From the NCBI GenBank assembly GCA_965222605.1, contig OZ244960.1, positions 6,144,001-6,208,000 on the forward strand: a stretch of 64,000 nt of DNA, given 5' to 3'. Under the pieces are notes generated by a model. It did no database searches, was not told the DNA's origin, and saw only the letters and a program-made list of their open reading frames with translations. The position numbers were made by a program, and so were the translations under genes. Origin of the DNA: Candidatus Latescibacterota bacterium (GTDB taxonomy: Bacteria; Latescibacterota; UBA2968). This document shows, piece by piece, positions 10,701 to 18,491 of the stretch (positions are counted from its first letter, which is position 1; each line of letters begins with the position of its first letter).

Positions 10701-10883
10701 ACATGGGATGTGAGTTTTCTGTGGAACGTGTCCAGAGGGGTGAACATCGCGTTCTCCGGGATGAATCTGCTCGGCACCAGGCCACCTCTGGTGAATATCG
10801 AGCAAGCCTACGATGGCTTTACGCACGATCCCAAAGAGCGAAGGGTGAAACTGGGCCTTACATATCAATTCGAGGGTTTCTAA
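7704..10883 (+). CDS. TonB-dependent outer-membrane receptor with an N-terminal carboxypeptidase-regulatory-like domain
   Basis: Signal peptide; DEVVVTG; plug NLRGLGASRTLVLIN...RIEVLKEGASAIYGSDAVAGVAN; aromatic C-terminal beta strand. Confidence 0.92.
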   Translation: MVLLSRFIPILVCAALFSNVVQAQSVGTVTGTVADAASGEKLEVVQVHIPTLKLGVVSDAQGRFTIPNVPVGVHELRADLIGYASATVAITVTAGETVTVALQMNHSALYLDEVVVTGTAFKESPISLTYAVAVVGREKMAEQGSPQAVDFFKNLGASHGVIGERSSWYNASQAGTLTESIANVNLRGLGASRTLVLINSRRQTYVPARLIGGRFVDVNVIPSIAIDRIEVLKEGASAIYGSDAVAGVANFLTRSDFEGFEVSGAHEYFAGAGDTNIGAIWGGKLGDAHAVISAEWMGRQELPSTERDYLLQPWHGGGQRLGWSSLGNPGTFAIGAPAPWTAAIHAPRCEEFGGYRESWTCRFRYQQYENLVEKMSHIRAFAEINGSLDNGTDYHVEGLWAEAEIPNWYTTPSYPPFPLTDTSIMEVASDHPGRQAFCEDYGANPGDLYYDACQGGENWYFNGRPFGNSGPGRRLGRQSSTLRLAASANGDFKAFGGRDAHFDMGLTYSRTSGNYNLPGVYIERLFLGFRGFGGPDCGVGVEADPTSLAGMRLGPLNGKVAGQGNCEYYNPFGNAIEFTDQHGSSFANSPNPGYRSNLANSPELREWLANQEVDLQSTADILVAEATLTGTWTENVWLNASYAAGYQFRKLSATGDPNDPGDVTINPCPVPGDKGCSEEDKFGPYAFTNVNRPYSEDQTVHRFFGEIPLSLGERVDVQLAANYEFHDVASSFDPKVGWRVQLAESPTHSLFMRGSVQTTFRTPSLDDVNESPLSTLEWINQTGAYQTVDRIGSKDLKPEQAFTYNAGLALVTEAGFEATFDYWSYDFSDVIGAMPHGRITDLYDANKNALRPFIVCPDGVGTGTCAASELERVRVDIVNWPGVKTSGVDVHLGTRMPAGTGQFAASLDGTYTLSYETKALMLGNLVLQDAADAAGYLNFGNPIATSLPKLKGRVSAGYHWKTYSLVSYLNYISSYEDRGSMGSDNTTIKNLFGTIDSFVTWDVSFLWNVSRGVNIAFSGMNLLGTRPPLVNIEQAYDGFTHDPKERRVKLGLTYQFEGF

Positions 10884-10894
10884 TACAGAAAAAA

Positions 10895-11635
10895 ATGTCT
10901 GAGCACGATCCTTTTGAGCTGAGAAAATACTACCGTTATTTGCGGGTTGTCGATGTGGTAGATGCCATGGATGGGATTGGGTATTTCAATACGGGACTGA
11001 TAGATCCCGCTATTCGCCCCTTATGGCAGGGAATGAAGTTCTGGGGCGTGGCATTTACCGTGCGTTGCGTGCCTGCTAATCACCCGATGTGGAAACTGGA
11101 GACAACCGAAGAGATTGTGAAGGCTCATGGCGCGTGGTTTAGCGAGGTGGGCAATCTGAGTTATCGCGATGAGATTCGAGTAGGACACGTCGTGGTTACA
11201 GATACGGGTGGAAGCGGTGAGGTTGGCATGTGGGGATCTGCAAATAGTCTTGGCCTGATAGCCAAAGGCGCTGTTGGGATTGTGACGGATGGCTATTGCC
11301 GGGATACTGGTGAGTTGATTTTGCAGAAAACACCAATTTGTTCGCGAGCGAGAGGTCGAACAATTATTCCAGGGCGGATTATGGCGGTTGAAGCGCAGGT
11401 TCCAGTGGGGTGCGGCGGTGTGCAGGTGCGGCCCGGCGATATGGTGGGGTGCGATGACGACGGCGTTGTTGTGGTGCCTTGTGAAATTGCACATGAAGTC
11501 GCTATTCACGCCCGCGCGATTTTGATTGCCGATATGAAATCGCGCAAAAGGCATTATGAAACTCTGGGCATGCCTATGGATGAGACGGTCGATTGGGAAT
11601 CTGTGGAAGCGTATTACGAGCGTCTCGATGTCTGA
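10895..11635 (+). CDS. RraA family / HMG-CHA aldolase-like protein
   Basis: GVAFTVR, GAVGIVTDGYCRD, GGVQVRPGDMVGCDDDGVVVVP; start moved to ATG 10895 after the TBDR stop. Confidence 0.85.
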   Translation: MSEHDPFELRKYYRYLRVVDVVDAMDGIGYFNTGLIDPAIRPLWQGMKFWGVAFTVRCVPANHPMWKLETTEEIVKAHGAWFSEVGNLSYRDEIRVGHVVVTDTGGSGEVGMWGSANSLGLIAKGAVGIVTDGYCRDTGELILQKTPICSRARGRTIIPGRIMAVEAQVPVGCGGVQVRPGDMVGCDDDGVVVVPCEIAHEVAIHARAILIADMKSRKRHYETLGMPMDETVDWESVEAYYERLDV

Positions 11636-11684
11636 AGATTTGGAGGCTACTCGATTTTAAGTCAGGCTCAGATCGCGTATTTTC

Positions 11685-11768
11685 AACACGTGAGGTGGTT
11701 TATTACACCTCACGTGTTTTTTTTCGCACGTGAGGTGGTTTATTACACCTCACGTGTTTTTTTTCGCA
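11685..11768 (+). terminator. Intrinsic terminator hairpin present as a 40-bp tandem duplication
   Basis: (CACGTGAGGTG GTTTATTA CACCTCACGTG TTTTTTTT CG) x2 between convergent genes. Confidence 0.8.
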
Positions 11769-12997
11769 TGCTTTTGCGATTCGCTGTACAATTTATCAAA
11801 TGCTTCAGTTTCAATGTCGTCTTCAATGACGTCGAGTGATGAGCCGGGTTCTGATATGGGCTGGACATCGCTGGGATAGACGTGGTGCATGTCCTGTTTT
11901 GTGCAGGCATAATAGGTGACTTCACCGCTTTTGCGGCGGTACGCATACAGGTGGCGAGGGGGATCAACCCAGGTATAGTCTGCGGCGTATTGTTCTATCG
12001 CGGCGGGATCAATTTCTACGCCGAGGCCTGGAGTTTCTGGGACGCGGTAAAAGCCACCCCGCACTTCAATTGCGGGTTTTACAAGCTGGTGTTCCCAGAT
12101 GTTCATGCACGTAATGGCCGGCCATTTGGCTTGCGGAAGGACCGCGCCCAAATGCGCTGCCCAGGTCGTTGTTATGCCAGAGCCGACGAGTTGCAGCCAG
12201 AAGGGCTTGTTCCATTGCTCGCATACGGATGCTTGTTTGAGGAGGCGTGAGGCACCTGCACAGATGACAAATCCATCGGTGACATCTTCTTTCATGGTCG
12301 TTTCAATGGGGGGGTTGTTGTAGTGCATGGCAATGGGCCGCGCGATCAGATTTCTGATTTGCTTGTTGCCCGCCACGTCGTTTTGCGGAATCGGCGTTTC
12401 GATCATCGCTATTTCGGGATAGGCTTCCAATTCTCGGAGGTGCGGAATTGCATTGGCGGAATTGGCGAGGGTGCTATTGTAGTCGAGATCGAGGTGAAAG
12501 CCGGGTGGAACTACTTGTTGAACGGCCTGAATTGCCGCGTGCAGGTCAAACCAGGGGCGGGCTTTGAGTTTCGCGCTGGTATATCCCGCTTCAACAGCTT
12601 GCCGGCACTCTTCTGCCCATCCTTCGGGTGGCATATCCATATTCCACCACGATATGGGGCACCAGTCGCGCACTTTTGTGCCCAGCAGACGGTATATGGG
12701 AACGCCTTGCGCTTTTGCTATGGCATCAAATAGAGCCATTTGAACACCGGCTCCCAGACTGTCATCCCACATCAATTCAGCGGCGGGTCTGCCGACGACT
12801 CTGTCTTCGATATCGCCCGGTACTTTGGCCCAGGTGTAATTGGGTATGGTTTCGCCCCATCCCTCTATGCCATTTTCGAGCGTGATATGACAAATCTGGT
12901 GTATCCGCCAGTGGGGAAGCCAGTAGCCGAGGTGTTTCTGGCTGTGTGGCGTGAAGGGTACGTCGAGATTGATGAGTTCAATGGTTTTGATTTTCAT
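11750..12997 (-). CDS. Mandelate racemase/muconate-lactonizing enzyme (enolase superfamily) protein
   Basis: GWGE, MALFDAIAK..GVPIYRLLG, KLK, LDYN, IETP, PGLGVEID. Confidence 0.85.
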   Translation of the reverse strand: MKIKTIELINLDVPFTPHSQKHLGYWLPHWRIHQICHITLENGIEGWGETIPNYTWAKVPGDIEDRVVGRPAAELMWDDSLGAGVQMALFDAIAKAQGVPIYRLLGTKVRDWCPISWWNMDMPPEGWAEECRQAVEAGYTSAKLKARPWFDLHAAIQAVQQVVPPGFHLDLDYNSTLANSANAIPHLRELEAYPEIAMIETPIPQNDVAGNKQIRNLIARPIAMHYNNPPIETTMKEDVTDGFVICAGASRLLKQASVCEQWNKPFWLQLVGSGITTTWAAHLGAVLPQAKWPAITCMNIWEHQLVKPAIEVRGGFYRVPETPGLGVEIDPAAIEQYAADYTWVDPPRHLYAYRRKSGEVTYYACTKQDMHHVYPSDVQPISEPGSSLDVIEDDIETEAFDKLYSESQKHAKKNT

Positions 12998-13208
12998 GGC
13001 TTACCTCCGGGAAAAATTGATGTGCATATCGCACGATATGACACAGGGTTCCCGATGTCAAGCACAACGGCGAGAAAGAAAACGTGCATGGGCAAAAATT
13101 TGGTTTATATTGGGTGCAATATTATCAAACATTGCTGCAAATAAAGAGTTGGCACCATCACGAATAGAGGGCAAAGAGCAGCGCGCGTTAGCCCCTCGGG
13201 TGCAGGGG

Positions 13209-13297
13209 GCGTAGCAGTTCATTGGGGTGATTCACATTTTTAATTCTTAATGAACTGCTACGCAGTTGTACACCGTTCCACAATTTTTAATTCTTAA
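13209..13297. repeat. 15-bp perfect inverted repeat plus an overlapping 15-bp direct repeat in a divergent intergenic region
   Basis: GCGTAGCAGTTCATT (13209-13223) / AATGAACTGCTACGC (13249-13263); ATTTTTAATTCTTAA at 13236-13250 and 13283-13297. Confidence 0.75.
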
Positions 13298-13310
13298 AAG
13301 GAGGCGATAT

Positions 13311-14300
13311 ATGGCAGTGCAGTGCATTCACCTGGGTGTTGGCGGCAGAGGAAAGTGGCCGGTTGCTATGTTTAGTGAGCGGGATGATGTGGAGAGTGTG
13401 GCATTTGTCGATGTTCACGAAGGCAATATGAATGCCGCTATGGAAGTGTCGGGATTGCCCGAGTCGCGGTGTTTTAGAACGCTTGAGCAAGCCCTGAATA
13501 ATGTGGAATCGGATTGTGTGATCGTTATCACTCCTCCAGATGCTCACGTGGAGATGATTCTGGAAGCGGTGAGAGCGGGGAAGCACGTTCTGGTTGAAAA
13601 GCCATTTACGAAAACTCTGGCGTCGGCAAAGTATGTTGTAGAGGAAGCAGATCGCATGGGGGTCAAAGTGGGGGTGAGCCAAAATGCCAAATACAATGCG
13701 GCGACGATGACACTATCGCGCCACCTGCGTGAAGAGACGTATGGCAAGGCGAGTTTCGGGCTTTTCACCAAGATCGGCTGGCGCAGCAAGGGGGTACACC
13801 ATTCGGGTCACGACGACCATTCTTATTTGTGGGAGCGCGGGATTCACGATCTGGATACCATGCGATATATTTTTGGCGAGTTGCCCGTGCGGATGTGGGC
13901 GCACAGCTTTAATCCGCCATGGAGTCCGTATAAGGGCGGGGCGGGTGTTTCGGGATGGGTGGAATTTGACGGGGGGGCGACTGCGACCTATTTTGCGACT
14001 TTTGAGCCGCATAAATCGGGTGGCGAAACCCGGGTGGATGTGGATGAGGGCACGCTTTCTCTTGAGGGTGGGAAGCTCGTTTTGACGCGCCGCAATGCCG
14101 ATCCCGAAATATTGCCTCTGGACGGGGGACCTGCTTCGACAGAATTGATTGTCAATCAATTTGTCGCGTGGATAAATGGTGGCGAAGAACCCGAGTTTTC
14201 AGGGCGCAATAATCTGGTGACTATGGCGATGATAGAAGGGATGGGCATTTCATCGGAGTCCGGGCGGATTGTGTCGCTCAAGGAGTTTGTAAATGTTTGA
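13311..14300 (+). CDS. Gfo/Idh/MocA family oxidoreductase
   Basis: GVGGRG, AGKHVLVEKP, GIHDLD; GGAGG RBS before ATG 13311. Confidence 0.9.
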   Translation: MAVQCIHLGVGGRGKWPVAMFSERDDVESVAFVDVHEGNMNAAMEVSGLPESRCFRTLEQALNNVESDCVIVITPPDAHVEMILEAVRAGKHVLVEKPFTKTLASAKYVVEEADRMGVKVGVSQNAKYNAATMTLSRHLREETYGKASFGLFTKIGWRSKGVHHSGHDDHSYLWERGIHDLDTMRYIFGELPVRMWAHSFNPPWSPYKGGAGVSGWVEFDGGATATYFATFEPHKSGGETRVDVDEGTLSLEGGKLVLTRRNADPEILPLDGGPASTELIVNQFVAWINGGEEPEFSGRNNLVTMAMIEGMGISSESGRIVSLKEFVNV

Positions 14301-14328
14301 GTGGGTTGTTGCCGTACAGCGCGAAGGG

Positions 14329-14376
14329 CAGCGGCAAGACATAAAACGCGCTCAACAGATGGCGAGCAAGATCTAA
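14329..14376 (+). pseudogene. C-terminal remnant of an addiction-module killer (HI1419/RelE-like) toxin
   Basis: Reads QRQDIKRAQQMASKI*, ending just before the antitoxin RBS, like the Q.RDI..A..LA C-terminus of HI1419-type toxins; the rest of the gene is missing. Confidence 0.5.
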
Positions 14377-14385
14377 GGAGGTATC

Positions 14386-14661
14386 ATGAAGCTCAAAAAA
14401 TTCGACGTAATTGATTTTCTCGACAGCGATGAGGTTTTGATTGAATACCTCAACGTAGCACTAGAAGAAAACGATCCGAAGTACTTCGCCAAGGCTCTCG
14501 GCAACGTCGTACGGGCCAAGAAAGTATCCTCCATCGCTGAAGCCAGCGGTCCGAGGCGGCAGGTACTATACCGCGTGCTGTCCAGTGAGGACAACCCGCG
14601 GATCGACACGCTCTTTAGAGTGCTAGATACACTGAACCTTCGCCTTGCTATTACCCGATAG
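14386..14661 (+). CDS. Addiction module antidote protein (HI1420-like HTH antitoxin)
   Basis: FD..DFLDSDE....YL..ALEENDP....KALG.VVRAK....IA...G..R..LYR.LS...NP..DTL pattern. Confidence 0.85.
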   Translation: MKLKKFDVIDFLDSDEVLIEYLNVALEENDPKYFAKALGNVVRAKKVSSIAEASGPRRQVLYRVLSSEDNPRIDTLFRVLDTLNLRLAITR

Positions 14662-14673
14662 ATAGCTACTTAC

Positions 14674-15744
14674 ATGAACTATATCGGCAGCAAGTATTCT
14701 CTGCTTCATTTTCTCGAAGAGGGTATTTTTAAAAATGTAAATTCGGATTGTAAGGTGTTCTGCGATGTGTTTGCTGGTACTGGTGTTGTAGGAGCGCATT
14801 TTAAGCAGAAGAGTTTTAAGATTATCTCTAATGACATTCAGTACTATGCCTATTGCCTCAATCGCGCACTCGTAGGCATTAATCGCAATCCTTTATTCTC
14901 TGGCGTTCTGGATGATTTGAAATTAGTGCCGACAACACTACTTTGCGATGCAATCGATGTTGTATTGGAATATCTCAATACTCTGAATGGAAAACCCGGA
15001 TTTATCTATTGCAATTATTGTCCGGGTGGGACAGATGAGACAGAGTTCAAAAGACAGTATTTCTCCGATGAGAATGGCATGAGGTGTGATGCGATCCGGA
15101 TGCAGATTGAGGAGTGGTGGCAAGCGAGCAAACTGACTGAGGATGAGTACTTTTACCTTCTGGCGAGTTTGATCGATGCGGCAGATCGGGTTGCAAATAC
15201 AGCGTCAGTCTATGGTGCATTTTTGAAGCATATCAAGAAGAGTGCGATGAAGCCTCTGCAATTGAAGCGGCTTGCAATTGTCGAGAGCGATGAGGAGCAC
15301 GAAGTACACAATGTGAATGGGCAGGAGTTGATCGAGCGTCTGTCTTGCGATATGCTCTATATGGACCCGCCCTATAATCATCGCCAGTACTGTGCGAATT
15401 ACCATGTGCTGGAGACACTGGCGCGGTACGATGATCCGCACTTGAAAGGCGTGACAGGGCTGCGTCTGTATGACGATCAAAAGTCGGATTTCTGTATGAA
15501 GAGACGGGCGTTACCCGCATTTGAGAATATGGTTCAAAAGACTTCAGCGCGGTATGTGTTCCTCAGCTATAATAGCGAGGGAATTATGAGCAAAGATGAG
15601 ATTTTTCAGACAATGGAGCAATGCGGGAAGGTGGATCTGATGACGCGAGATTATCAGCGTTTTCGGGCGGATGTAGATCGGGAGAACCGGGTTTATAAAG
15701 CAGATCATGTGGAGGAGTATCTGTTCTGTTTGAAAAAGCAGTGA
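14674..15744 (+). CDS. N6-adenine DNA methyltransferase (D12 class), M.NlaIII/M.HpyI-like
   Basis: MNYIGSK, DVFAGTGVVG (motif I), DPPY (motif IV), RQYFSDENG, VANTASVYGAFLK, LSYNSEG. Confidence 0.9.
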   Translation: MNYIGSKYSLLHFLEEGIFKNVNSDCKVFCDVFAGTGVVGAHFKQKSFKIISNDIQYYAYCLNRALVGINRNPLFSGVLDDLKLVPTTLLCDAIDVVLEYLNTLNGKPGFIYCNYCPGGTDETEFKRQYFSDENGMRCDAIRMQIEEWWQASKLTEDEYFYLLASLIDAADRVANTASVYGAFLKHIKKSAMKPLQLKRLAIVESDEEHEVHNVNGQELIERLSCDMLYMDPPYNHRQYCANYHVLETLARYDDPHLKGVTGLRLYDDQKSDFCMKRRALPAFENMVQKTSARYVFLSYNSEGIMSKDEIFQTMEQCGKVDLMTRDYQRFRADVDRENRVYKADHVEEYLFCLKKQ

Positions 15745-15759
15745 GGCGCGGGACTTTTT

Positions 15760-16893
15760 ATGGAGCGGTTTACATATATAGCGTTGTTTTTGATGCTGGT
15801 TTTTGTAGTTCATCAACCATCTCAAATACAGGGTAAAACGATGATTGTTGCAACGCAGAGTTCTTCGGAAAAGTCAAAGGCTGCAGCGGATTTTGTGGGC
15901 GATGGGGTGGGCGATCAGGAGGAGATTTACGCGGCGATTCACGCGCTTCCACCATCTGGCGGGACGGTGACGCTGATGGAGGGTACGTATGATATCCGCA
16001 AGGTGGCGGGTAAGCTCGGTGGATTGATTATTGACCGCAGCAATGTGACACTAACGGGGCAGGGAGCAGCCACGCGATTGATTTTGGCACCGGATCAGAA
16101 TACCAATGTGATCCGCATTATAGGAAATGGTGTGGGAAATATTGTGATTCGGGATCTATGGGTGGATCAGAACCGGGACCAGAATCCTTATAACGGGGCG
16201 GAGTTTGTGAATATTTCGCACGGGCGGTTCGAGTATAATGGCATTAAAGCGTTTTGTGCAGAGCCGGGTGGGTCCTGTCCCGAGCCGACGCACAATATTA
16301 CCATTGAGAATTGTACGGTGCTGAATGTGCAGAGGCTGGGTATTATGCTCGATGGTCCCAATATGCGGGTGGTGAATAACCGCCTGGGCAATGCCCATTC
16401 CGATGCAGTGGAGCTTCTGACGGGTCCGGGTTTTGTGATGGGCAATTATGTGGAGATTGCCGGGCGCACGCATGTTGCGGTGGGTTCTGATCGCGGAAAT
16501 TCGATTATTATGGCGAATAATGTCGTACATGTGCGTGAGGGGGGCGATCTGGATATTGCTTTTCGGTTTTGGACAGATTCAGAGCGGCATGTGATTTCTA
16601 ACAATATTGTTATGGTGGATCAGGGCGGGAAGCTGGGTCTGGCGATGGATGTGCGTGGATTTGATACGTCTATTACGGGAAATGTGATTCGGGGAAGAAG
16701 CGAGGGAGAGCGCTTGCCGCTGTGGCTTACAGGCGCGGGTATGGCGGTTACTGGCAATCATTTTCAGAATGTGGAACTGATTGTGAATGACCAGACCGGT
16801 ACGAATCGCCCGATTCTGATTCAGGGCAATGTGATGGAAAATTCCGGAGTTTCGCATGAGGCGGGGAATCTGATTCGTCCGGAGGGAGATTGA
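15760..16893 (+). CDS. Secreted right-handed parallel beta-helix (pectin-lyase fold) protein
   Basis: Signal peptide; ADFVGDGVGDQEEI..AI..L...GGTV.L.EGTY; repeated N/I/V beta-helix rungs. Confidence 0.75.
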   Translation: MERFTYIALFLMLVFVVHQPSQIQGKTMIVATQSSSEKSKAAADFVGDGVGDQEEIYAAIHALPPSGGTVTLMEGTYDIRKVAGKLGGLIIDRSNVTLTGQGAATRLILAPDQNTNVIRIIGNGVGNIVIRDLWVDQNRDQNPYNGAEFVNISHGRFEYNGIKAFCAEPGGSCPEPTHNITIENCTVLNVQRLGIMLDGPNMRVVNNRLGNAHSDAVELLTGPGFVMGNYVEIAGRTHVAVGSDRGNSIIMANNVVHVREGGDLDIAFRFWTDSERHVISNNIVMVDQGGKLGLAMDVRGFDTSITGNVIRGRSEGERLPLWLTGAGMAVTGNHFQNVELIVNDQTGTNRPILIQGNVMENSGVSHEAGNLIRPEGD

Positions 16894-17075
16894 GTGTGAA
16901 TGCAAGGTTGTGAAGGAGAGAGTTAATAGTTGATAGGAGATTGCTATTGATGAATGGCCTTGTTTAAAGACAATTTAAAATAGGCCAAGAGTCTCCTTCT
17001 ATCTATATTTTCTATATTTGAAGTCACACACACATAGCAATTGAGGGACTTTTCGTTTTAAACAAGAGGCATAAT

Positions 17076-18491
17076 ATGAAGATCGGAAAAATGGTGGAAA
17101 AATATATACCTAAAATTTTTGCCTATTGCGAAAAAAATCCCAATGAACTAAATAACTTGTTGAACAAGGAATACTCCAAGCAAAACTTTGGGATTAATTT
17201 TCCATTCTGCATGGAAGCTGAGCTTATCACACCGGAGCAGTCAAGAAGATACTGGACAACCTTTTATCAGGTGTGTAGAAAGACTATCAGGGTAACAAGC
17301 CAATGGTGGGACGACAGCCGATACCACTTTGCGAGATACCTTCTTGAAAAGGGCCTTGTAAACGAGGAAGAGTTTGAAAAAAATACGAGTAATGATGAAG
17401 ATGAAAGCGGTCTCGAAATAGAGCAGGAGGACCCGCAGGAAAAGATTACAGAACCGTTCGACCCCGAGCAAATAAAAATCCGGACTAGTCCTCTCCTCGT
17501 CGAACAACTCATCTCACGCATCAAGCATAAGGAGATTGATCTTGCTCCCGACTTTCAACGTCAGCGCGGTATTTGGAACGATGAGCGCAGAAGTCGCCTT
17601 ATTGAATCGCTTCTACTGCGTATCCCAATACCAGTTTTCTACGTCGCTGCCGATGAGGCTGATACCTGGTCCGTTGTTGATGGCGTTCAGCGTATGTCAA
17701 CTATCTATGACTTTGTGACTGGTAAGTTTCCTCTGAAGCGACTCGAATATTTGACCTGGTTAGATGGACAGCAGCACGATGAACTTCCACGGCCAATGCA
17801 GAGGCGCATTAGTGAGACCTCACTCATCGTCAACGTCATTGAACCGGGGACACCACCGGAAGTGATGTTCAACGTTTTCCTTCGCATCAACACCGGAGGC
17901 ATGACGTTGAATGGACAAGAGATTCGCCATGCACTTCACCCAGGTCCCATCCGAAAATATTTGAAAGAACTTGCTCAATCCTCTGAGTTTAAAAAAGCTA
18001 CACGCTACTCAATCAAGGAAAGCCGAATGGCTGACCGTGAGTGTGTCCTCCGCTTCTTGGCCTTTCATATCGCCCCCCCCGAGCAATATACTACCAGCGA
18101 TCTTGATGGCTATCTCGGAAAGGTCATGGAGAAAATCAATAGGATGAGTTCGAAAGAGCGAGATAGTCTAAGCGCGGATTTCAAAAAAGCAATGTGTGCG
18201 GCGTCAGACATCTTTGGTGAATACGCCTTCCGAAAGCGTACTAATATAGACGACCGGCGACGGCCCGTCAGCAAGGCTTTGTTTGAGTCGTGGAGCGTCC
18301 AATTGGCACATTGTTCACCAGAACAGATTCGCGTCCTTGTCGAAAAGCGCGAGGATGTCCAACGTAGATTCATCCAGTTAATGTCAGTGGACGAAGAATT
18401 TAACAATGCTATCTCTTTTGCGACTGGCACGCCACGGCGCGTGCAGAAACGTTTCCAAGCGATAAAACAACTTGTCGAGGAGTTGCTCTGA
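17076..18491 (+). CDS. DUF262 (GmrS/ParB-like) protein, Menshen NsnA-like, with an extra ~95-aa N-terminal domain
   Basis: PDFQR, LIESLLLRIPIP, VVDGVQR, F.RINTGG DUF262 motifs. Confidence 0.85.
   Translation: MKIGKMVEKYIPKIFAYCEKNPNELNNLLNKEYSKQNFGINFPFCMEAELITPEQSRRYWTTFYQVCRKTIRVTSQWWDDSRYHFARYLLEKGLVNEEEFEKNTSNDEDESGLEIEQEDPQEKITEPFDPEQIKIRTSPLLVEQLISRIKHKEIDLAPDFQRQRGIWNDERRSRLIESLLLRIPIPVFYVAADEADTWSVVDGVQRMSTIYDFVTGKFPLKRLEYLTWLDGQQHDELPRPMQRRISETSLIVNVIEPGTPPEVMFNVFLRINTGGMTLNGQEIRHALHPGPIRKYLKELAQSSEFKKATRYSIKESRMADRECVLRFLAFHIAPPEQYTTSDLDGYLGKVMEKINRMSSKERDSLSADFKKAMCAASDIFGEYAFRKRTNIDDRRRPVSKALFESWSVQLAHCSPEQIRVLVEKREDVQRRFIQLMSVDEEFNNAISFATGTPRRVQKRFQAIKQLVEELL

Noticed and set aside
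10703-10894. Long N-terminal extensions in track ORFs (RraA-like, NsnC-like, VOC, mreB, galU, asd and others)
   Set aside because: They overlap upstream genes or regulatory RNA; downstream starts with an RBS and family-typical N-termini fit better.
11685-11768. Possible mini CRISPR array (palindromic repeat x2)
   Set aside because: The copies are directly adjacent with no spacer, have a terminator-type T tract, and no cas genes are present.
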